Position numbers and translations under genes: made by a program
NCBI GenBank assembly: GCA_963710985.1
Contig: CAVQCI010000007.1
Coordinates: 401,240 to 465,239 of the forward strand
Source of the DNA: an uncultured Actinomycetes bacterium
GTDB taxonomy: Bacteria > Actinomycetota > UBA4738 > HRBIN12
Reading direction: 5' to 3'
DNA: 64,000 nucleotides
Notes under the pieces: model-generated
The model's database searches: none
The model's input: the letters and a program-made list of their open reading frames with translations, nothing else
Told to the model about the DNA's origin: nothing
Shown here: one piece after another, positions 30,276 through 39,472 of the stretch
Layout: each line of letters opens with the position of its first letter
Position numbering within the stretch: the stretch's first letter is position 1

Positions 30276-31381
30276 CCGATGTACTCCCGCGGCACGCGCT
30301 CGCCGATCCTGGTCACGATCTCGTACGCGATCGTGTCGGCATGCCCGGCGAGCTCCCAGGCGTCGACCGTCTCGTCGCCTTGAGGACCGAGCAGGACGAC
30401 CTCGTCGCCGGTCTCGATCGCCAGGTCGCCGCAGTCGACGAGGAGCTGGTCCATCGTCACGTTGCCCGCGACGCGGCAGCGCCGGCCGCGGATCAGGACG
30501 TCGGCCTTCGAGGAGAGCGCCCGCGGGTAGCCGTCGGCGTAGCCGACCGGGACCGTCGCCACCCACGCGTCGGCCGCGAGCTCGTAGCGGTGGCCGTAGG
30601 AGAGACGCTCTCCGGCGGGCAAGCGCTTGGCCATCGTCACGGCCGACCGCCAGCTGAGTGCCGGCCGCAGCGCGAGGTCCTCGCCCACGCCGGGCGCCGG
30701 CACGATCCCGTACATCGCGATCCCCGAGCGGATCAGGTCGAACGAGGCGTCCGGGTGGCGGATCGCGCCGCCGCTGTTCGACGCGTGGATCCACCGGGGG
30801 CGAACCCGGCGGCGCGCGCTGCGACGATCACCGCGCGGAACCGCTCGAGCTGCTCGGTCGTGGTCCGCTCGTCCTCCTCGCTCTTCGCGAAGTGCGTCCA
30901 GAGCCCCTCCACGGACAGGCCGGCGTCGTGGACCCGCGAGAGGAAGGCGACCGTCTCCTCGGGCGGCCACACACCCACGCGGTGCATCCCGGTGTCGACC
31001 TTCACGTGGACGCCCAAGGACCGCCCTTCGGCCGCCGCAGCCAGCCGCTCAAGCCCGCCGTCGGTGTACAGCGACGGGGTGAGCCCCGTCTGCAGCGCGC
31101 GCATCTCGGACCCGGGCGGGACCTCCGACAGCACGAGGATCGGCGCCGACGTGCGCATGCGCAGCGCGACCCCCTCCTCCACCAGGGCGACGCCGAGCCA
31201 GGTCGCGCCGGCCTCGACCGCGGCGACGGCCACGCGGTCGGCCCCGTGCCCGTAGGCGTCGGCCTTCACGACCGCCATCACCGCGGCGTCGCCACGGGCC
31301 AGCACCCGTACGTTGTGCCGGATCGCCGTCGAGATCGACCTCGACCCAGGTCGGGCGATAGCCGCGCAACGCCTGCCTCAC
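30272..31381 (-). pseudogene. alr: alanine racemase with two frame-breaking indels
   Basis: GTG 31381 overlaps the nnr stop. VRQALRGYRPTWVEVDLD is in frame 1. AIRHNVRVLARGDAAVMAVVKADAYGHG...AAGFAP is in frame 2. RWIHASNSGG...[10 protein letters not shown] returns to frame 1. Junctions are near 31326 (extra base) and at the G5 run 30796-30800 (missing base). Total length is 1110 nt (3n). Confidence 0.85.
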
Positions 31382-32907
31382 GCCTGCGCCTCCACGGTCC
31401 GCAGCGCCTCGGGGAGCAGCTCCGCGACGTCTCCGGCGAGCGTGCCGTCGCCGAGCGCCCTCCCGGCGAGGATCCCGGCGAGCCCGTGCACGTAGGCGCC
31501 GGCCCACGCCGCGTCGAAGGCGCTCAGCCCGCGCGCGAGTAGCCCGCCGATCGTGCCGGTGAGGACGTCGCCGGTTCCCGCGGTGGCGAGGAACGCCGAG
31601 CCGGTGGGGTTGATCCGCGCCGCGCCGTCGGGCGCCGCGATCACCGTGCGGCTCCCCTTGACGAGCGCGACGGTGCGGGCGCGGGTGGCGAGGTCGCGCG
31701 CAGCACCGAGGCGGTCCTCCGCGCCCGCGCCGGCCCCGAGCAGACGCGCGAGCTCGCCCAGGTGCGGCGTCAGCACCGCGTCGGCCGCGCGTGCGGCCAG
31801 TGCCTCGGGCTCCCCGGCGAACGCGTTCAGCCCGTCTGCGTCGAGCACGAACGGCGCCGGGCTCTTGGCCACGAGGTCGCGGACGAACCGCTGCGTCTCG
31901 GGCGCGGTCGTGAGGCCCGGGCCGAGCGCCAGCGCGTCGGCGTCCTCGAGCCGCTCCAGGACCGCGTCGAGAGCTGCGGGCGCGACCGTGCCAGCGGCGG
32001 TCTCGGCGAGCGGCACGAAGACGGTCTCCGTGAGCCCGGCCTGCACCACCGGCAGGATCGAGGCCGGGACGCACACGAACACGTAGCCCGCGCCGATCCG
32101 ACCCGCCGCGCGCCCGATCAGCCGGGCGGCGCCGGTCATCGTCCGCGAACCCGCCACGACCACGAGGGTCCCCGACGCCTTCTTGTGCGCGTCGGCGGCG
32201 CGTGCCGGCAGGACGCCCACGACGTCGGCCGGTTCGGTGAGCCCGACCGCCGACGGCACGAGGTCCTCGGGGAACCCGATATCGGCCACGCGCACGTCGC
32301 CGGCGAGCTCCGCGCCGGGCAGCAGCAACGCGCCGGTCTTCGCGGCGCCGAACGTCACGGTCAGCTCCGCGCGGACAGCAACCCCGTCCACGGCCCCGGT
32401 CGTGCCGTTCACGCCGCTCGGGATGTCGACCGCGACGACCGGCGCGCCGCCCTCGTTCAGCGCTTGGATCGCGTCGGCCACGTCGTCCTCGGGCACGCCC
32501 CGGAACCCCGTGCCGAACACCGCGTCGATCGCGACGTCGGCACGCCGGAGCTCGCGGCGGAGCACGGCCGGGTCGAACGGGCGCAGCCGCACGCCGGTCC
32601 CGGCGAGGAGCCGCGCGTGCTGGGTAGCGGCGGGCTCGCGGAGCCCGCTCGGATCGTCCAGCAGCACCACGAGCACGCGCACGCCCCACGCGTCGAGGTG
32701 GCGGGCCGCGACGAACCCGTCGCCCCCGTTGTTGCCCTTGCCGGCGACGACCACCGCGCGCCGGCCGTAGGTCCCGCCGACCAGGTCGACCGCCGCCCGC
32801 GCGACCGCGCGTCCCGCGCCTTCCATCAGCGTCTCCGCAGCGATCCCGCGCGCCTGGGTGGCCCGGTCGAGCTCGACGGCCTCCTGCGGGCTCAGCACCG
32901 GCTTCAC
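31378..32907 (-). CDS. nnr: bifunctional NAD(P)H-hydrate repair enzyme (epimerase / ADP-dependent dehydratase)
   Basis: 509 aa. YjeF_N motif GKGNNGGDG and C-terminal kinase-fold GTGDVLTG. GTG 32907 overlaps the acpS stop. Confidence 0.85.
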   Translation of the reverse strand: MKPVLSPQEAVELDRATQARGIAAETLMEGAGRAVARAAVDLVGGTYGRRAVVVAGKGNNGGDGFVAARHLDAWGVRVLVVLLDDPSGLREPAATQHARLLAGTGVRLRPFDPAVLRRELRRADVAIDAVFGTGFRGVPEDDVADAIQALNEGGAPVVAVDIPSGVNGTTGAVDGVAVRAELTVTFGAAKTGALLLPGAELAGDVRVADIGFPEDLVPSAVGLTEPADVVGVLPARAADAHKKASGTLVVVAGSRTMTGAARLIGRAAGRIGAGYVFVCVPASILPVVQAGLTETVFVPLAETAAGTVAPAALDAVLERLEDADALALGPGLTTAPETQRFVRDLVAKSPAPFVLDADGLNAFAGEPEALAARAADAVLTPHLGELARLLGAGAGAEDRLGAARDLATRARTVALVKGSRTVIAAPDGAARINPTGSAFLATAGTGDVLTGTIGGLLARGLSAFDAAWAGAYVHGLAGILAGRALGDGTLAGDVAELLPEALRTVEAQA

Positions 32908-33281
32908 GCGTCGATCACCGCCATCGCGAACGCGACCGCGTTCGTCTTCTCGTGGGTGAAGGTGACCAGGACCCGGGAGATCCCCAGGCCGGCCGCGCGG
33001 CGCTTCGCGTTGCCGGTCAGGGCGATGACCGGCGCCCCGCTCGGGTGCCGCGTCACGCTGATGTCCTGCCAGCGCTTCCCGCGGTAGCCGCCGAGCGCCT
33101 TGATCACCGCCTCACGCGCCGCGAACCGCCCCGCGTAGGACTCCGCGGGACGGGCCTTCGAGTCGCAGTAGGCGATCTCCTCGGAGGTGAACACGCGCTC
33201 GCGCATCCTGGGGTGACGGGCGAGCGCTCGCTCCATCCGCGCGATCTCGCAGATGTCGACGCCGAGCCCGACGATCTCCAC
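32904..33281 (-). CDS. acpS: holo-[acyl-carrier-protein] synthase
   Basis: 125 aa. MEIVGLGVDICEIARM..., FAAREAVIKAL. Confidence 0.9.
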   Translation of the reverse strand: MEIVGLGVDICEIARMERALARHPRMRERVFTSEEIAYCDSKARPAESYAGRFAAREAVIKALGGYRGKRWQDISVTRHPSGAPVIALTGNAKRRAAGLGISRVLVTFTHEKTNAVAFAMAVIDA

Positions 33282-33291
33282 GGCTCGAAGG

Positions 33292-33951
33292 CTAGCGAAC
33301 CGGACCCTCCGACGGCTCGTCGTCTCGATCGTCCGTGGGCTCGGCCGCCTCCGCGTCGGGCTCGCTCGCGGGTCCGGACCGCCGACGGCCGGCCAGGAGC
33401 GACGCCCCGATCAGCGCGACGCCGCCGAGCAGCCCGAGCACGGCGACAGCCCATACCGGCAGTCCGGACGACGAGGAGGCCGCCGGGATCGGCGACGGCG
33501 TGACCGTCGGCGTGAGCGGCGCCGGCGAGGCCGGCGTGCCGCCGACCCGCTCGAGGTCCGCGACGCTCAGGTAGGAGCAGACCGAGCTCGTGTACGTGCC
33601 GTCGGGCTGAGCCGACGCCACGACCGCGACGGGGGTCCCCGTCGGATAGAGCACCCCGCACGAGCTGCCGCCGGTCGGTCCGATCGCCGCGAGGACGTCC
33701 ACGCGCGAGGGCACCCGGCCCCGGTAGACCTGCGAGACCGCGAACGTCTGGACCGTCGACGTCCCGCTCGCGGGCACCTGCGCCACGACCCGCCCGACGA
33801 ACGCGATGTCGGCGCCACGCACGATCTGCCGGGGGTTGCGCGCGACGCAGGTGCACGCGGCGCACGGCCCCGCGGTCGTGACGAGCCCGGCCGTCGCGAG
33901 GCCGAGGACGAGCGCGACGCGCAGCCACCGCGCGGGCGTGCGACCCCTCAC
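33292..33951 (-). CDS. exported, C-terminally membrane-anchored protein with a TIMP/NTR-like C-x-C N-terminus
   Basis: GTG 33951. Signal-like RWLRVALVLGLATAGLVTTAGPCAA, then CTCVARNPRQIVRGADIAFVGRVV. Pro/Ser linker and C-terminal helix LPVWAVAVLGLLGGVALIGASLL. Trimmed from a 1318-aa artefact ORF. Confidence 0.5.
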   Translation of the reverse strand: MRGRTPARWLRVALVLGLATAGLVTTAGPCAACTCVARNPRQIVRGADIAFVGRVVAQVPASGTSTVQTFAVSQVYRGRVPSRVDVLAAIGPTGGSSCGVLYPTGTPVAVVASAQPDGTYTSSVCSYLSVADLERVGGTPASPAPLTPTVTPSPIPAASSSSGLPVWAVAVLGLLGGVALIGASLLAGRRRSGPASEPDAEAAEPTDDRDDEPSEGPVR

Positions 33952-33962
33952 GGGGCCCGACG

Positions 33963-35801
33963 CTACTCGACGGTCACGGACTTCGCGAGGTTGCGCGGCT
34001 GGTCGACGTCGCAGCCGCGCAGCCGCGCCACGTGGTAGGCGAGCAGCTGCAACGGCGGGGTCACGACCACCGGCGACAGCAGCTCCGGCGTCTCGGGCAC
34101 CTCCAGGACGTGGTCGGCCAGACGGACGGCGTCGACGTCGCCTTCGGTGAGGACCGCGATCACCGAAGCGCCGCGCGCTTTCACCTCCTGGATGTTCGAG
34201 AGCATCTTCGGGTAGACGTGGCAGCGCGTGGCGATCGCCACCACCGGCACGCCCTGCTCGATCAGCGCGATCGGCCCGTGCTTCAGCTCCCCGGCCGGGT
34301 AGCCCTCGGCGTGTACGTAGGAGATCTCCTTCAGCTTCAGCGCGCCCTCGAGCGCGGCCGGGTAGCCCGTGTGACGCCCGATGAACAGCACGTCGGGCCG
34401 GTCGGCGATCGCCTCGGCGATCGCGCGGGTCCGGTCGTCCAGGGCGATCGCCCGCTCGACCTTGTCCGGCAGCTCGTCGAGGTCCGCGAGCACGGCCGCG
34501 ATCTCCTCGGGGAACTTCGTCCCGCGCACCTGCGCGAGGTACAGCGCCACCAGCTCCTGCGCGACCATCTGCGTCGCGAACGTCTTCGTGGCCGCCACGC
34601 CGATCTCCGGGCCGGCGTGCGTGTAGAAGACGCCGTCGGCCTCGCGCGCGAGCGAGGAGCCCACCGTGTTCGTGATCGCGATCACCTGCGAGCCCTGCCG
34701 GTTGGCGTGCCGCGCGGCCTCGAGCGTGTCGATCGTCTCGCCCGATTGCGAGACGGCGAGCGTCAGCGTGTCGGGCCCGAGCACGGGGTCGCGGTAGCGG
34801 AACTCGCTCGCGATCTCGACCTCGACCGGCAGCCGCGTCCAGTGCTCGATCGCGTACTTCGCGACGAGCCCCGAGTGGAACGCCGTCCCGCAGGCGACCA
34901 CGAAGACCTTCGAGACCTCCCGAAGGACGTCGTCGGGGATCCGCAGCTCGTCGAGCGAGAGCCGGCCTCCGGCCGTGCGCCCGGCCAGCGTGTCGCGGAT
35001 CGCCGCGGGCTGCTCGTCGATCTCCTTGCGCATGAACGCGTCGTAGCCGCCCTTCTGCGCCCGCGAGACGTCCCAGTCCACGACGACCGGCTCGACCGCG
35101 ACCGGCTCGCCGTCGAAGTCCGTCACGCGCGCGCCGTCGGGCGTGAGCTCCGCGACCTGCCCCTCGGCGATCGGCAGCACCGTGGTGGTGCGATCGAGCA
35201 CCGCGGGGATGTCGGAGGCGAGCAGGGTCTCCCCGTCGCCGAGCCCCACGACGAGCGGCGAGGACACCTTCACCCCGACGAGCGTGGTGGGCTCGTCCGC
35301 CGAACACACGACGAGCGCGTAGGCGCCCTCCAGCTCGCGGACCGTCGCGCGCACCGCGTCGGCGAGCCGCGCGCCCTCGCCGGCCGCGGCCAGGCGCTCC
35401 TCGATCAGGTGCGCTACGCACTCGGTGTCGGTGTCCGACACGAACGTGTGGCCCTCCTTCTCCAGACGGGCGCGCAGGTCGTGGTGGTTCTCGACGATGC
35501 CGTTGTGGATCACCGCCAGCCGGCCGCTGCAGTCGGTGTGCGGGTGCGCGTTCGCGTCGGTGGGCGCGCCGTGGGTCGCCCAGCGCGTGTGCCCCATCCC
35601 GGTGGTGCCCGGCGGCGTCGGCTCCTGCGCGAGGGCGGCCTCGAGCTCGCCGAGCTTGCCGGCGCGCTTGCGGACCGTCAGGCCCCCGTCGAGCACCGCG
35701 ACGCCCGCGGAGTCGTACCCGCGGTATTCCAGGCGGCGAAGCCCCTCCAGGACGATGGGGAGCGCCTCGTCCGGCCCGACGTAACCCACGATGCCGCACA
35801 C
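33963..35801 (-). CDS. glmS: glutamine--fructose-6-phosphate aminotransferase
   Basis: 612 aa. MCGIVGYVG..., two SIS domains, ends ...NLAKSVTVE. Confidence 0.97.
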   Translation of the reverse strand: MCGIVGYVGPDEALPIVLEGLRRLEYRGYDSAGVAVLDGGLTVRKRAGKLGELEAALAQEPTPPGTTGMGHTRWATHGAPTDANAHPHTDCSGRLAVIHNGIVENHHDLRARLEKEGHTFVSDTDTECVAHLIEERLAAAGEGARLADAVRATVRELEGAYALVVCSADEPTTLVGVKVSSPLVVGLGDGETLLASDIPAVLDRTTTVLPIAEGQVAELTPDGARVTDFDGEPVAVEPVVVDWDVSRAQKGGYDAFMRKEIDEQPAAIRDTLAGRTAGGRLSLDELRIPDDVLREVSKVFVVACGTAFHSGLVAKYAIEHWTRLPVEVEIASEFRYRDPVLGPDTLTLAVSQSGETIDTLEAARHANRQGSQVIAITNTVGSSLAREADGVFYTHAGPEIGVAATKTFATQMVAQELVALYLAQVRGTKFPEEIAAVLADLDELPDKVERAIALDDRTRAIAEAIADRPDVLFIGRHTGYPAALEGALKLKEISYVHAEGYPAGELKHGPIALIEQGVPVVAIATRCHVYPKMLSNIQEVKARGASVIAVLTEGDVDAVRLADHVLEVPETPELLSPVVVTPPLQLLAYHVARLRGCDVDQPRNLAKSVTVE

Positions 35802-35861
35802 GAGGCTTCGAGCCTAGCAGCGGGCTCCGCGACGGGGGACCCGCCGAAGGTCGGTAGTCGC

Positions 35862-37196
35862 TCAGCCGAGCGCGGAGCGCACGACCTCGGCGATCGCCTC
35901 CGCGTGCTTCGCGGCCTCGTCCTCGGTCTCCGCCTCGACCATCACGCGCACGAGCGACTCGGTCCCCGACGGGCGGACCAGCACCCGACCGCGCTCGCCG
36001 AGGGCCGCCTCGGCCGCCTCCACGGCCTCCCCGACCGAGCGCGCCTCGGCCAGCGCGTCGCGGTCGCGGACCTGCACGTTCAGCATCACCTGTGGGAATC
36101 GTCGCATCACGGCGGCGAGCTCCCCCAGCCCGATGCCGCGCCGCGCCGCGAGCGAGAGGAACCGCACGGCGGTCAGCAGACCGTCGCCGGTGGTCGCCTG
36201 CTCGCGGAAGATCACGTGCCCGCTCTGCTCGCCGCCCAGGACGAGCCCGCGGCGCTCCATCTCCTCCAAGACGTAGCGGTCCCCGACCCTCGCCCGGATC
36301 ACCTCGATCCCGGCCTCGCGCATCGCGAGCAGCAGGCCGAGGTTCGACATCACGGTCGCGACGAGGGCGTCGCCGGCGAGGGTGCCCGACGCCTGCATCG
36401 CGGTGGCGCAGGCGGCCAGGACGTGGTCGCCGTCGAGCACGTTGCCCTCGGCGTCGGCGAACAGCGCGCGGTCGGCGTCGCCGTCGTGGGAGACCCCCGC
36501 GTCGAACCCGAGCCGGACGACCTCGGCCGCCACGACCTCCGGGTGCAGGGCGCCGCATCCGTCGTTGATGTTCGCGCCGTCGGGCTGGGCATGGATCGCG
36601 TGGACCTCTGCGCCGAGGCGCGCCAGCAGCTCGGGCGCGAGCTCGGACGCGGCGCCGTTCGCGCAGTCGACCACCACCCGCATCCCGTCCAGGCGCGCCT
36701 CGGCCGCGGCCTCCAGGTGCCGGAGGTAGCGCTCGCGGCCCTCGGCGATCGGCCTGATCGCGCCGTGCTCCTCGGCGGGCAGGGCACCGTTCCCCTGTCC
36801 CAGCACGGCCTCGATCTCGTCCTCGAGGTCGTCGGGGAGCTTCATCCCGTTGGCGGCGAAGAACTTGATCCCGTTGTCGGGCGCGGGGTTGTGCGAGGCG
36901 CTGATCACGACGCCGCTGGAGGCGCCGAGATCCACGGTCATGAAGGCGATCGCCGGGGTGGGCTCGACCCCCGCGAGGATCACGTCGCCGCCCGCACCGC
37001 GGATCCCTTCGGTGAGCGCGTCCTCGAGCCACTCCCCCGACGCGCGCGGATCGCGTCCCACCACGAACGTCGGGCGGCCCTGCCCGTGGCGCCCGAGCAC
37101 CACGACCGCGGCCCGCCCCAGACCGTAGGCGAGGTCGCGGGTGAGGTCGACGCCGGCGCGCCCGCGCACGCCGTCCGTGCCGAAGAGCCGAGCCAT
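35862..37196 (-). CDS. glmM: phosphoglucosamine mutase
   Basis: 444 aa from ATG 37196. MARLFGTDGVRG and active-site SASHNPAPDNGIKF. Confidence 0.95.
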   Translation of the reverse strand: MARLFGTDGVRGRAGVDLTRDLAYGLGRAAVVVLGRHGQGRPTFVVGRDPRASGEWLEDALTEGIRGAGGDVILAGVEPTPAIAFMTVDLGASSGVVISASHNPAPDNGIKFFAANGMKLPDDLEDEIEAVLGQGNGALPAEEHGAIRPIAEGRERYLRHLEAAAEARLDGMRVVVDCANGAASELAPELLARLGAEVHAIHAQPDGANINDGCGALHPEVVAAEVVRLGFDAGVSHDGDADRALFADAEGNVLDGDHVLAACATAMQASGTLAGDALVATVMSNLGLLLAMREAGIEVIRARVGDRYVLEEMERRGLVLGGEQSGHVIFREQATTGDGLLTAVRFLSLAARRGIGLGELAAVMRRFPQVMLNVQVRDRDALAEARSVGEAVEAAEAALGERGRVLVRPSGTESLVRVMVEAETEDEAAKHAEAIAEVVRSALG

Positions 37197-37278
37197 GCGG
37201 CGCACGATACCGGAGCGACGGCGCCCTCGACGGCCGGCCTCGGGGCACCCAGAGGAAGGGCCGAACGGCCCCCGCGCA

Positions 37279-37292
37279 GGAGCGGTCGCTCC
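37279..37292. promoter_or_regulatory. 14-bp palindrome upstream of the first arsR-like gene (possible operator)
   Basis: GGAGCG-GT-CGCTCC, 14 nt upstream of ATG 37306, in the glmM / arsR divergent region. Confidence 0.3.
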
Positions 37293-37305
37293 GGACATCG
37301 GGGCC

Positions 37306-37610
37306 ATGGATCGTTCAACCGTTCTTGAAAGGTCCACCGAGGCCACGGCGCGCGTGTTCGCCGCGCTCGGCGACCCCGCGCGACGTTGATCTCGAGCAGC
37401 TGACGTGCGGGACCCGGTGCGCGTGCGAGATGGGCGATCTCGGCATGGCCCCGAACCTGCTCTCCTACCACCTGCGGGATCTGCGGGAGGCCGGCCTGGT
37501 ACCTCGGCGTGCGCACCGGGCGCCGGGTCGACTATCGGCTGGACCCTCGGGGGTTCGAGGCGCTCCGCGAGGCGATCGACCGGATCGGCGGGGGGCCAAC
37601 GTGCGCGTGA
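37306..37610 (+). pseudogene. ArsR/SmtB family regulator, frame broken twice
   Basis: Three pieces lie in three frames: MDRSTVLERSTEATARVFAALGDPA.., ..VDLEQLTCGTRCACEMGDLGMAPNLLSYHLRDLREAGLV, and LGVRTGRRVDYRLDPRGFEALREAIDRIGGGPTCA. Junctions are near 37380 and 37502. Length is 305 nt (3n+2). Confidence 0.7.
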
Positions 37611-38642
37611 GCACCGCCTCCACGCGACGGCTCGACCTGCGACCTCGCGCGTTCGCGCGGTGCTCGGCACGGGCGGCCGTGGTGGCTCCTGTACCGCCTC
37701 AACGGCCCCTTCTGGGACTGGGTCGTCTACCGGGCCGGGGGTCTCGCCCAGCAGGGCGCCTCGGGGAGACCGTGCACTTCTTCGTCTACGACACCACGAG
37801 GATCCTGCTCCTGCTGTCGGGCATCATCTTCGTCGTCACGGTGCTGCGTTCCTTCATGAGCCTGGAGCGGACCCGGGCGCTGCTGGGCGGCCGGCGCGAG
37901 GGCGTGGCCAACATCGCCGCGGCGGCGCTCGGCGTCGCGACCCCGTTCTGCTCGTGCAGCGCGGTGCCGGCGTTCATCGGGTTCGTCGCGGCCGGCGTGC
38001 CGCTCGGCGTGACGCTCTCGTTCCTGATCGCGAGCCCGCTGGTGAACGAGGTCGCGCTGGCGATGCTGTTCGCGATGTTCGGCTGGCAGATGGCGCTGCT
38101 CTACGTGCGCCGGGGCTGACGATCGCGGTCGTCGCCGGGTTCGCGCTCGGCCGGGTGCACGCGGAGCGCTGGGTCGAGCCGTTCGTGTTCGAGACGAAGG
38201 GGGGCCGCGGCGGCGCTAGGAGGGAAGCTCACGTGGCGCCGACCGCTTCGCATCGGGTCGCGACGAGGTCGTCACGATCGTGCGCAAGGTGCTCCCGTTC
38301 CTGCTGGTCGGGATCGCCCTCGGCGCGGTGATCCACGGTGGGTGCCGACCGACTTCTTCGTGCGCTACGCGGGGCCGGACAACCCTTTCGCGGTGCCGGT
38401 CGCGGTGCTGTCGGCGTCCCCCTGTACTCGAACGCCGCCGGCGTGCTGCCGCTCGTGGAGGTCCTGCACGCGAAGGGCCTCGGGATGGGGACGGTGCTCG
38501 CGTTCATGATGGCGGTCGTCGCCCTGTCGCTGCCCGAGACGATCCTGCTGCGCCGGGTCCTCAAGCCGAAGCTGATCGGCGCCTTCGTCGTCGTCGTGGC
38601 CGGGGACTGTTCGTCGGGTACCTGTTCAACGCCGTGCTCTAG
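37607..38642 (+). pseudogene. permease family membrane protein (FCSCS motif, ArsP_1/PF03773-like), at least 7 frame breaks
   Basis: The protein can only be read by hopping frames. The pieces run WWLLYRLNGPFWDWVVYRAGGLAQQGASG / ETVHFFVYDTTRILLLL...ATPFCSCSAVPAFIGF...MALLYV / GLTIAVVAGFALGRVHAERWVEPFVFETKG / AAAALGGKLTWR. They continue DRFASGRDEVVTIVRKVLPFLLVGIALGAVIHG / WVPTDFFVRYAGPDNPFAVPVAVL / GVPLYSNAAGVLPLVEVLHAKGLGMGTVLAFMMAVVALSLPETILLRRVLKPKLIGAFVVVVAG / LFVGYLFNAVL. The start is uncertain. Confidence 0.65.
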
Positions 38643-38653
38643 GAGGTCGAACG

Positions 38654-38894
38654 ATGATGCAGATCCGCGTGCTCGGCTCGGGATGCGCCAACTGCCGACG
38701 CTCGCCGAGAACACCAGGGAAGCCGCACAACAGACGGGGATCGCGGTCACGGTCGAAGAGGTCCACGACCTCGCCGAGATCGTCTCGATGGGGATCTCAG
38801 CACCCCCGCCATGACGATCGACGGCGAGCTGGTGCTCGCCGGCCGCGTGGCGTCCGTCCCTCAGCTCAGGGAGCTGCTCGCCGGGCGGACCTGA
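38654..38894 (+). pseudogene. small thioredoxin-fold protein (redox-active disulfide protein 2-like), frame broken twice
   Basis: AGGAGG SD 7 nt before ATG 38654. Three pieces in three frames: MMQIRVLGSGCANC / TLAENTREAAQQTGIAVTVEEVHDLAEIVSMGISAPP / MTIDGELVLAGRVASVPQLRELLAGRT. Length is 241 nt (3n+1, consistent with two missing bases). Confidence 0.65.
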
Positions 38895-38903
38895 GACCCG
38901 CCC

Positions 38904-39314
38904 TCAGGGCCCGACGCCGAGCTCGTCGAGTAGCGCGAGCACGCGTCGCTCGATCTCGTCGCGGATCGGCTCGATCTGCTCGAGCGACAGGCCCGCGGGA
39001 TCGGGCAGGTCCCAGTCGAGGTACCGCTTGCCGGGGAAGACCGGGCAGGCATCGCCGCAGCCCATCGTCACCACGACGTCGGAGGCCTCGACGTCGTTCG
39101 TCGCGAGCGGCTTCGGGTGCTCGCGCGAGATGTCGACCCCGACCTCGGCCATCGCGCGAACGACCTCGGGGTTGACCTCCTCGGCCGGCGCGCTCCCGGC
39201 GGAGCGGACCACCACCCGGTCGCCGGCGTGCTTGACGAGCAGGCCCGCGGCCATCTGCGAGCGCCCCGCGTTGTGGACACAGACGAACAGCACCTCGGGG
39301 CGACGCTCGCTCAT
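38904..39314 (-). CDS. arsC: arsenate reductase (LMW-PTP type)
   Basis: 136 aa, intact. CX5R loop LFVCVHNAGRSQMA and distal GCGDAC. Confidence 0.85.
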   Translation of the reverse strand: MSERRPEVLFVCVHNAGRSQMAAGLLVKHAGDRVVVRSAGSAPAEEVNPEVVRAMAEVGVDISREHPKPLATNDVEASDVVVTMGCGDACPVFPGKRYLDWDLPDPAGLSLEQIEPIRDEIERRVLALLDELGVGP

Positions 39315-39472
39315 GTGCCCATCATCCCTCCCGCGGATCCATCACCCACGCGAAGGCTCCGTCGCCGAGGTGTCGGCCGCCCGACGGCGCCGTGAACCCA
39401 TGATGAACGCGCGTGGCCGGGTGCGGTCCAAACGCGCGAGACGCTGCCGCCCCGGCATGCGACGATGCATCC

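Noticed and set aside
35802-35861. glmS ribozyme upstream of glmS
   Set aside because: Only 60 nt separate glmS from the glmM stop. That is far too short for the roughly 170-nt ribozyme, and no conserved core is visible.
33292-37248. 1318-aa minus-strand ORF, plus similar giants such as 18355-21456 (+, 1033 aa), 12784-15210 (-, 808 aa), 19837-22332 (-, 831 aa), 16437-18734 (-, 765 aa) and 34032-37328 (+, 1098 aa)
   Set aside because: Their translations are Arg/Pro/Gly/Ala-rich with no motifs. They run antisense to, or out of frame with, clearly recognisable genes (glmS, glmM, PLC, sugar transferase). They are stop-codon-poor artefacts of very high GC. Only their 3' ends were kept, where a real gene is embedded.
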